Source: a bacterium (GTDB taxonomy: Bacteria > Patescibacteriota > Minisyncoccia > Phycocordibacterales > CAIRYW01). From it: DNA of 64,000 nucleotides. The notes beneath the pieces were generated by a model. That model worked only from the letters and a program-made list of their open reading frames with translations. It did no database searches and was not told the DNA's origin. The stretch spans positions 1,329 through 65,328 of the forward strand of contig JAYTUJ010000030.1 in assembly GCA_043744615.1 (NCBI GenBank). The letters run 5' to 3'. A program made the translations under genes and the position numbers. How positions within the stretch are numbered: the first letter of the stretch is position 1; each line of letters begins with the position of its first letter. Positions 57,090 to 64,000 of the stretch are shown here, piece after piece.

Positions 57090-58283
57090 ATGGCAGAAGT
57101 TTTTGAACGAACAAAACCTCACGTTAACGTTGGTACAATTGGCCACGTTGACCACGGTAAGACAACTCTTACCGCAGCAATACTTAACGTATTGGCTCGA
57201 GCAGGAAACAATTCTAAGGTTAAAGCTGTTGATCAAATTGACAACGCTCCCGAAGAAAAAGCTCGAGGAATCACTATTAACCTTTCTCACAACGAGTACG
57301 AAACAGCAGCTCGACACTACGCTCACATCGATGCACCGGGTCACGCTGACTATATTAAGAACATGATCACAGGAGCCGCACAAATGGACGGCGCTATTCT
57401 TGTGGTTGCTGCTACTGATGGAGCGATGCCTCAAACTCGAGAACACGTTCTTCTTGCTAAACAAGTAGGTGTGCCAAAAATTATCGTTTTCCTAAACAAA
57501 TGCGATATGGTACCTGATAAAGATCTTATTGATCTTGTTGAAGAAGAAGTACGAGAACTTTTGACAAAACAAGGATTCGACGGAGCAAACGCTCCAGTTA
57601 TCCGAGGTTCAGGACTTAAAGCTCTTGAAGCAACAGATAATACCGATGAATGGTCAAAGAAAGTTCTAGAACTTGCTGACGCTCTTGATACATACATCCC
57701 AGTTCCAATTCGAGAAACTGACAAACCTTTCCTTATGCCTATTGAAGACATCTTCACTATCGAAGGACGAGGAACAGTAGTAACAGGACGAATCGAACGA
57801 GGTATGGTAAAAGTTGGAGAAGAAGTTGAAATCATCGGAATCAAACCAACATCTAAAACTACAGTTACTGGTATTGAAATGTTCAATAAGCAACTTAACG
57901 AAGGAATGGCTGGAGACAACGCTGGTATTCTTCTTCGAGGTGTTAAAAAAGAAGATCTTACACGAGGTCAAGTAATTGCAAAAACAGGTTCAGTTTTGCC
58001 TCATACAGAATTTGAATCAGAAGTTTACATTCTTAAAAAAGAAGAAGGTGGACGACACACTCCTTTCTTTACTGGATACAAACCTCAATTTTACATCCGA
58101 ACAACGGACGTAACTGGAGAAGTAACCCTTAACGAAGGAGTAGAGATGGTTATGCCGGGCGATACCGTAACCTTTAAAGTTAAACTCGTAGCTCCTGTAG
58201 CTCTTGAAGACAAGCAACGATTTGCTATTCGAGAAGGAGGAAAGACAGTAGGTGCTGGAGTTGTAACAAAAGTTACACTTTAG
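57090..58283 (+). CDS. tuf: Elongation factor Tu
   Basis: [24 protein letters not shown] motifs. Confidence 0.99.
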   Translation: MAEVFERTKPHVNVGTIGHVDHGKTTLTAAILNVLARAGNNSKVKAVDQIDNAPEEKARGITINLSHNEYETAARHYAHIDAPGHADYIKNMITGAAQMDGAILVVAATDGAMPQTREHVLLAKQVGVPKIIVFLNKCDMVPDKDLIDLVEEEVRELLTKQGFDGANAPVIRGSGLKALEATDNTDEWSKKVLELADALDTYIPVPIRETDKPFLMPIEDIFTIEGRGTVVTGRIERGMVKVGEEVEIIGIKPTSKTTVTGIEMFNKQLNEGMAGDNAGILLRGVKKEDLTRGQVIAKTGSVLPHTEFESEVYILKKEEGGRHTPFFTGYKPQFYIRTTDVTGEVTLNEGVEMVMPGDTVTFKVKLVAPVALEDKQRFAIREGGKTVGAGVVTKVTL

Positions 58284-58308
58284 TCTTATTTGGCCTAGCC
58301 GACATTCT

Positions 58309-58674
58309 ATGTCTACGAAAGAAACAACAAAAAAGAAGGCCGCTAAGTCTGGTGCTAAAGAAGAATCAGGTTCAAAACTTCGAATTCGAGTTCGAGCATA
58401 TGAGCATAAAATATTAGATGCTTCAGTGAAGCAGATAATGGATACTGCTGTTCGATACGATGCGAAGATTGTAGGACCGATTCCTCTTCCAACTGAAATT
58501 CGAAAATATACTGTTAACCGAGCGTCATTCGTTTTTAAGAATGCTCGAGAACAGTTTGAAATGCGAATTCACAAGCGATTATTGGATATCATTAATCCAA
58601 ATCAAAAAATCGTTGAAGCACTAACCAACTTAAGCTTGCCTTCAGGAGTAAATATTGACGTAAAGATGATATAG
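58309..58674 (+). CDS. rpsJ: 30S ribosomal protein S10
   Basis: GPIPLPT, REQFEMR.HKRL motifs. Confidence 0.98.
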   Translation: MSTKETTKKKAAKSGAKEESGSKLRIRVRAYEHKILDASVKQIMDTAVRYDAKIVGPIPLPTEIRKYTVNRASFVFKNAREQFEMRIHKRLLDIINPNQKIVEALTNLSLPSGVNIDVKMI

Positions 58675-58677
58675 CCT

Positions 58678-59289
58678 ATGAAATTCTTACTCGGAACAAA
58701 ACAAAATATGACGCAGGTGTTCGATGAGGATGGAACTGTTTATCCGGCTACTATCATTAAAACTTCGCCAAACGTTATCTCTCAAATTAAAACTTTAGAG
58801 AGTGATGGATATACTGCAGTGCAAGTTGCATTCGGTACAAAGGCAGAGAAAAATATGAAGAAGCCGCAAAAAGGCCACCTCAAAGATTTAGGAAATTTCG
58901 CAACGTTGCGAGAATTCAGACTAACTGACGTTTCACCATATAAAGTAGGTGATAAAATAGAATCAAGTATTTTTACAGAAAACGAAGAGATTGAAGTTTC
59001 TTCAATTTCAAAAGGAAAAGGGTTTCAAAGTGCTATCAAACGACATGGTTTTCATGGAGGTCCACGAAGTCATGGTCAAAAGCACTCTGAACGAGAACCA
59101 GGTTCTATCGGTGCCGGAGGATACCAACGTGTATTCAAAGGAACTCGAATGGCAGGACGAATGGGAAGTGACAGAGTAACTGTTACTAACCTCAAAGTTC
59201 TTAAAATCAGTCCAGAAACTAATGAAATTTTCATTAGTGGAGCAATTGCAGGTCGAAGAGGAACACTTGTAGAAATTAAATCTGCATAA
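58678..59289 (+). CDS. rplC: 50S ribosomal protein L3
   Basis: DGYTAVQ, SKGKGFQ..IKRH, PGSIG, MAGRMG motifs. Confidence 0.98.
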   Translation: MKFLLGTKQNMTQVFDEDGTVYPATIIKTSPNVISQIKTLESDGYTAVQVAFGTKAEKNMKKPQKGHLKDLGNFATLREFRLTDVSPYKVGDKIESSIFTENEEIEVSSISKGKGFQSAIKRHGFHGGPRSHGQKHSEREPGSIGAGGYQRVFKGTRMAGRMGSDRVTVTNLKVLKISPETNEIFISGAIAGRRGTLVEIKSA

Positions 59290-59290
59290 T

Positions 59291-59956
59291 ATGGAAACAA
59301 AAATATACAACCAGTCTGGAAAAGAAGCAGGAAAGGTAATTTTACCTGAAAGCATTTTTGGATTACCATGGAACGCCGATCTTGTTCATCAAGTAGTTAC
59401 TTCGATGATGACAAACGCTCGAATCCATTATGCTCACACAAAAACACGAGGTGAGGTAAGAGGAGGAGGAAAGAAACCTTGGAAACAAAAAGGAACAGGA
59501 CGAGCACGACACGGATCAACACGATCTCCGATCTGGGTTGGTGGAGGTGTTGCGCACGGACCACGAAATGATAAAAACTTTGACCGAAAGGTTAACAAGA
59601 AGATGAAAGCAAAGGCTTTGTACACAATTCTTTCTCAAAAAAATCGTGACGGAGAACTTGTATTCATCGATGATGTAAAAGTAGAAGGAAAAGCAAAAAA
59701 TGCATTAGTAGTTCTTAAGAGTCTTTCAGCTGTAAAAGGTTTTGAAAAACTAACAAAGAAACGAACAAATGCCGCTATTATTGCTACTGCATCAAAAGAT
59801 TTGTTAATTGAACGAGGTTTTGCAAACTTTGGAAGCATGTCTGTTTCAGAAGTTCGAAACTTAAACCCAATTGAAGTTTTGAATCACAAATACTTAGTAA
59901 TTGTGAATCCACAAGTTTCGATCAGTATTTTAGAAGCTCGAAGCGCTAAGAAATAA
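59291..59956 (+). CDS. rplD: 50S ribosomal protein L4
   Basis: TKTRGEVRGGGKKPWKQKGTGRARHGS motif. Confidence 0.98.
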   Translation: METKIYNQSGKEAGKVILPESIFGLPWNADLVHQVVTSMMTNARIHYAHTKTRGEVRGGGKKPWKQKGTGRARHGSTRSPIWVGGGVAHGPRNDKNFDRKVNKKMKAKALYTILSQKNRDGELVFIDDVKVEGKAKNALVVLKSLSAVKGFEKLTKKRTNAAIIATASKDLLIERGFANFGSMSVSEVRNLNPIEVLNHKYLVIVNPQVSISILEARSAKK

Positions 59957-59961
59957 TTCTC

Positions 59962-60246
59962 ATGAAAACAACTCATTCAGATCATATGGTAAAACCATAC
60001 GTAACCGAAAAAGCTGCTCTTCTTGCGGAAAAAGATAATGCATACACATTTCAAATTTCAAAGACTGCTACAAAAACGGGAATTCTAAAAGCGATCAATA
60101 CTCTGTATAACGTAAAGCCAACAAAAGTTAATATCATTAATCTTCCACGAAAAAAAGTTTTTGTACGAGGAAAAAATGGTGTAACAAAAGCAATAAGGAA
60201 GGCAGTCGTATTCCTTAAAAAAGGTGATAAGATTGATCTTGCATAA
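59962..60246 (+). CDS. rplW: 50S ribosomal protein L23
   Basis: P.VTEKA and KAVVFL motifs. Confidence 0.95.
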   Translation: MKTTHSDHMVKPYVTEKAALLAEKDNAYTFQISKTATKTGILKAINTLYNVKPTKVNIINLPRKKVFVRGKNGVTKAIRKAVVFLKKGDKIDLA

Positions 60247-60249
60247 TAT

Positions 60250-61089
60250 ATGAAACGATATAAACCAACATCGAAATCTCGTCGAGAAATGACACACGTT
60301 ACATACCGTGGCGTGCTGACAAATTCAACACCAGAAAAATCACTTGTTAAAGGATACAAGCGTTCAGTTGGACGAAACTCATTTGGCCGAATTACAACTC
60401 GACACAAAGGAGGCGGACACAAACGACTATTCCGAGACGTTGATTTTAAATTCGACAAAAAAGACATTGCAGGAAAAATTGTATCAGTTGAATACGATCC
60501 AAACCGATCAGGATTTATTGGTCTTACTGTGTATCCAGACGGTGAAAAGCGATATGTGCTTTTGCCTACATCAATTAAAGTTGGAGACACAATTGTGACT
60601 TCAGAAAAAGCTGACATCAAAGCTGGAAACCGATTGTTACTTCGAAACATTCCTGTGGGAACTTTCATCTATAACGTTGAAATAAAACCATTAGGAGGTG
60701 CTCGAATTGCTCGATCAGCAGGTGACTACGCAGAACTTATTGCGCTTGACGGTGAATATGTTCAAGTTAAGCTTCCTTCAACAGAAGTTCGAAAACTTCC
60801 AGCTCATGCATGGGCAAGTGTTGGACAAGTTTCAAACGAAGAAAAGCATCTTGAAAACTTTGGAAAGGCAGGACGAAGTCGATGGAAAGGTATTCGACCA
60901 ACAGTTCGAGGTACTGCTCAGAATGCGGTGGATCACCCATACGGAGGAGGAGAAGGACGACAAGGCCGAGGAACCAAACGAGCTAAAACTCGATGGGGAA
61001 AGCCAGTTGGAAAGGGTCAAAAATCACGACGTTCAAAGAAATACTCAAACAAGTTTGTTGTTACACGCCGAAAGGTTGGAAAGAAATAA
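60250..61089 (+). CDS. rplB: 50S ribosomal protein L2
   Basis: GRITTRHKGGG, EYDPNRS, GKAGRSRW.G.RPTVRG, DHP.GGGEG motifs. Confidence 0.98.
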   Translation: MKRYKPTSKSRREMTHVTYRGVLTNSTPEKSLVKGYKRSVGRNSFGRITTRHKGGGHKRLFRDVDFKFDKKDIAGKIVSVEYDPNRSGFIGLTVYPDGEKRYVLLPTSIKVGDTIVTSEKADIKAGNRLLLRNIPVGTFIYNVEIKPLGGARIARSAGDYAELIALDGEYVQVKLPSTEVRKLPAHAWASVGQVSNEEKHLENFGKAGRSRWKGIRPTVRGTAQNAVDHPYGGGEGRQGRGTKRAKTRWGKPVGKGQKSRRSKKYSNKFVVTRRKVGKK

Positions 61090-61111
61090 ACTTCAAAAGT
61101 ATATCTCAAAT

Positions 61112-61140
61112 AAAAACACTCTCATCTCGAGAGTGTTTTT
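61112..61140. terminator. Bidirectional terminator between rplB and recA
   Basis: AAAAACACTCTC-N5-GAGAGTGTTTTT. Confidence 0.8.
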
Positions 61141-61174
61141 ATTTTGCGTAATTTTTATTTCTTCGATTCTAAAA

Positions 61175-62302
61175 TTAGATTTCTTTTAGTTTCTTTCGGA
61201 TATCACTCATGATTTTATCGCCAGTCTTTTTATTGTCTCGAAGATATTGTCGTGTTGCGTCGTAGCCTCGTCCAAGTTTTTCTTCTCCGTATGAATATGA
61301 GATTCCTGTTTTTGTAACGATTCCCATTTTTTCTCCGAGGGCAATCATTTCACCTTCTCGAGAAATTCCTTCGTTGTACATTAAATCAAATTCTGTTTGT
61401 TTAAATGGAGCAGCAACTTTATTTTTTACTACTTTTACTCGAACACGTCCTCCCATAATTTCTTCACCTTTTTTAATTTGAGCAATTCGTCGAATATCGA
61501 GTCGAACCGAAGTGTAAAACTTTAACGCTTTTCCTCCTGGGGTTGTTTCTGGGTTTCCAAACATAACACCAATTTGCATTCGGATTTGGTTAATGAAGAT
61601 TACAATTGTTTTACTTTTTGCAACGATAGCAGTAAGTTTTCGTAATGCTTGTGACATCAATCGAGCTTGTTTTCCAACGTGAAATGCTCCCATGTCTCCT
61701 TCGATTTCATCTTTTGGTGTAAGTGCAGCAACAGAGTCGATAACAATAACATCAAGTTTTCCTGATCGAACTAAACTTTCTGTAATTTCTAGACCTTGTT
61801 CTCCTGTGTCAGGTTGTGAAATTAAAAGTTCTTCAATTTTTACTCCAAGTCGTTTTGCATATTCTGGATCAAGTGCATGTTCAGCATCAACGAATGCACA
61901 AATTCCACCTTTTTTTTGTGCCTCAGCAATAACATGAAGTGATAGGGTAGTCTTACCAGAAGATTCTGGTCCAAAGATTTCGATGATTCTTCCTCGAGGT
62001 AATCCTCCAACTCCAAGTGCTGCATCTAAACCAATTGAGCCAGTAGAAATAGCATCAACATCAGTATGAGGTTTATCACCAAGCATCATAATTGCTTCAT
62101 CACCAAATTTCGTTTTTATTTCTCGAAGTGTTGCCTCGATTGAAATCCCACTGTCGTCTCTGCCTTTCTTTGATTTTTTTATACCAGATTCTTCTTCAGC
62201 GACTTCGGCCATTTCTTTGTCGGTTAATCCCGCGTCAGCTTCTGATCGAATCTCTTTTCCAGCGTCCTTTGCACCTTTACTTTTTTTATTTTTGATAGCC
62301 AT
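61175..62302 (-). CDS. recA: Recombinase RecA
   Basis: [37 protein letters not shown] motifs. Confidence 0.98.
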   Translation of the reverse strand: MAIKNKKSKGAKDAGKEIRSEADAGLTDKEMAEVAEEESGIKKSKKGRDDSGISIEATLREIKTKFGDEAIMMLGDKPHTDVDAISTGSIGLDAALGVGGLPRGRIIEIFGPESSGKTTLSLHVIAEAQKKGGICAFVDAEHALDPEYAKRLGVKIEELLISQPDTGEQGLEITESLVRSGKLDVIVIDSVAALTPKDEIEGDMGAFHVGKQARLMSQALRKLTAIVAKSKTIVIFINQIRMQIGVMFGNPETTPGGKALKFYTSVRLDIRRIAQIKKGEEIMGGRVRVKVVKNKVAAPFKQTEFDLMYNEGISREGEMIALGEKMGIVTKTGISYSYGEEKLGRGYDATRQYLRDNKKTGDKIMSDIRKKLKEI

Positions 62303-62314
62303 AATAATTATTAA

Positions 62315-62713
62315 TTAATGCGAACTACTGCTTGATGCTTCTACACTAACACTTGAAGATAAATTCTTTTCTAAAAAAACATCAATTTTTTTCTCTGTCT
62401 TTTTTCCAAACCTATCTTCTGCTCGTAAGGTAATTATAGTATACCCATATGGCACGAGCAATTTTTCTGAAAAGTTTCCAAACTCATCAACAATCAATAT
62501 TCTATCGTTTATCGTTCGAGAAATACTATTTTTAATATTTCCTGATATGAGGACTTCTGAATTAGCTGTCCGTAGACTACTTTCAGGGCTTTTGAGGTTG
62601 ATTATCGGTCCTTCACGGAGTCTTCTGGTCTGAAAAAAGCTATAAAAAACAATGATTCCAAGAAATATAAGGAAAATTACGATTCGTCTATAATCTCGGT
62701 ATCCAATGCTCAT
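62315..62713 (-). CDS. Membrane-anchored small Ig-like domain protein
   Basis: N-terminal TM; GP.I...P...V.ISG...IN......GNF.E...GY..I.L.A.DRFG pattern. Confidence 0.6.
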   Translation of the reverse strand: MSIGYRDYRRIVIFLIFLGIIVFYSFFQTRRLREGPIINLKSPESSLRTANSEVLISGNIKNSISRTINDRILIVDEFGNFSEKLLVPYGYTIITLRAEDRFGKKTEKKIDVFLEKNLSSSVSVEASSSSSH

Positions 62714-62726
62714 TATTTTTTATAAT

Positions 62727-64000
62727 TTATTCAAATTTCACTGCATCCTCACCAGATTCTGTTTTAGAAACAGGGTCAAGAACTTCTCGAGGTCGTGCGC
62801 CATCAGCTGCACCAATAACTCCTCGTTCTTCAAGCATATCCATAAGGCGCGCTGCGCGCGCATAACCTACCCGAAGCTTTCTTTGAATATATGAAGTTGA
62901 AGCTTTTCCCGCACTAATCACAGTTTCTTTTGCATCTTCATATAAATCATCATCGTCATCACTTCCTTCGGTATCGTCAGAGAATGAATTGAATACAACA
63001 TCTTGAGCAGGTTCATCTTTTTGGCTTGCAAATGAAATCTCTGATTGAGGAAGATCATCTTTGTATGCATCAATAATATGTTTTACTACATTTTTTAATT
63101 CGTTTTCAGTAACGTAGGCAGACTGTACTCGTTCTGGTGTAGACATTTCACCTGACATATATAACATGTCTCCGGCACCAAGAAGTTTTTCAGCCCCACC
63201 CATATCAAGAATTGTTCGAGAGTCTATTTGTGAAGCTACTTGAAGAGCAATACGTCCTGGAACGTTTGCTTTAATAAGACCAGTAATAACGTTAACACTT
63301 GGTCGTTGTGTTGAAAGCATTAAGTGAATACCAACTGCTCGAGACATTTGTGCTAAACGAACAATACCTGCTTCAAGTTCTCGAGGATACGTTTGCATGA
63401 TATCTGCCAATTCATCAATAATGAAAATGATGTAAGGCATTTGTTCTGGAACCTCTGCTCCTTCAGCTGCTTTTCCAACCTTTTCTAATTTTTTAAGTGC
63501 TGGTTCAAGAATAGTTTTATGATATGAACCAATATCTCGTACTTTGTGTTCTTCTAATATGTTGTATCGGCGATCCATTTCTTTTGCTGCCCACTTAAGT
63601 GCCAAGATTGCCTTTTTTGCATCGGTGATAACAGGAGTTAATAAGTGGGGGATACCATTATATAGAGTAAGTTCTACTCGTTTCGGATCAACCATGATGA
63701 ATCGAAGGTTTTCAGGCGGGTTTCGATACAGCATTGAAGCGATGAGTGCGTGGATCGTTACTGACTTTCCAGAACCTGTTGCTCCAGCAATAAGAAGGTG
63801 AGGCATCTTTGCAAGGTTTGAAAAATGAGCTTTTCCTGAAACTCCTTTTCCAAGTGCCATAAGCAAATGTTTATCTGATTCTTGAAATTCTGATTGTGAA
63901 AGTAAGTTACCCAAACCAACAGTTGTTTTTATTGTGTTTGGAATTTCAATACCAACCAGTGATTTTCCAGGGATAGGTGCTTCAATACGAAGTGGGTGAG
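62727..64000 (-). CDS. ftsK: DNA translocase FtsK/SpoIIIE (partial, begins beyond the window)
   Basis: PHLLIAGATGSGKS, IIDELAD, STQRPSV, gamma domain ASTSYIQRKLRVGYARAARLMD. Confidence 0.96.
   Translation of the reverse strand, partial: HPLRIEAPIPGKSLVGIEIPNTIKTTVGLGNLLSQSEFQESDKHLLMALGKGVSGKAHFSNLAKMPHLLIAGATGSGKSVTIHALIASMLYRNPPENLRFIMVDPKRVELTLYNGIPHLLTPVITDAKKAILALKWAAKEMDRRYNILEEHKVRDIGSYHKTILEPALKKLEKVGKAAEGAEVPEQMPYIIFIIDELADIMQTYPRELEAGIVRLAQMSRAVGIHLMLSTQRPSVNVITGLIKANVPGRIALQVASQIDSRTILDMGGAEKLLGAGDMLYMSGEMSTPERVQSAYVTENELKNVVKHIIDAYKDDLPQSEISFASQKDEPAQDVVFNSFSDDTEGSDDDDDLYEDAKETVISAGKASTSYIQRKLRVGYARAARLMDMLEERGVIGAADGARPREVLDPVSKTESGEDAVKFE

Noticed and set aside
864-63801. Numerous short antisense or overlapping ORFs in the track (e.g. 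864-1433, 28000-28335, 57431-57919, 60051-60668)
   Set aside because: They are shadows of well-supported genes on the opposite strand or in another frame, with no recognisable motifs.
1-64000. CRISPR arrays, rRNA, IS transposases, reverse transcriptase/DGR
   Set aside because: No repeat-spacer periodicity, rRNA-like segment or corresponding protein motifs were found by eye.

Overview
AT-rich 64 kb chromosomal segment that looks like Patescibacteria/CPR, probably Parcubacteria (OD1). This is inferred from gene content, compact genes, few Shine-Dalgarno motifs and a reduced trigger factor. The genetic code appears standard. Left end (1-11.7 kb): a PrgI/VirB4/VirB6-like type IV secretion-like cluster with large secreted and membrane accessory proteins. 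Middle: housekeeping, DNA repair and competence genes (rsmA, pcrA, LysM-M23, comM, dksA-like, rpsO, Xer recombinase, xth, cca, yraN, hup, rny, clpP, rsmE, tig, ppa, nusA, pilB/pilC, tpiA, pgk, recJ, rnhA, comEC, sod) and four tRNAs (Arg-UCG, Gly-GCC, Pro-UGG, Gly-UCC). Right end: a permuted str/S10/spc ribosomal cluster, recA and a partial ftsK. Main signals: (1) eight parS-like palindromes at 20.6-23.1 kb, almost all inside coding sequence; (2) the tuf-rpsJ-rplC-rplD-rplW-rplB block sits after rpsS...rplE, with separate promoters and terminators; (3) CGA dominates as the Arg codon (17/17 in tuf by my reading) alongside a tRNA-Arg(UCG); (4) both tRNA-Gly have an archaeal/eukaryal-type A73; (5) many genes look leaderless; (6) structured leaders precede rny, nusA and tuf; (7) comEC is split and its putative nuclease half looks decayed. 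No CRISPR array, rRNA or transposase was seen. All calls come from motif recognition by eye; no database searches were run.
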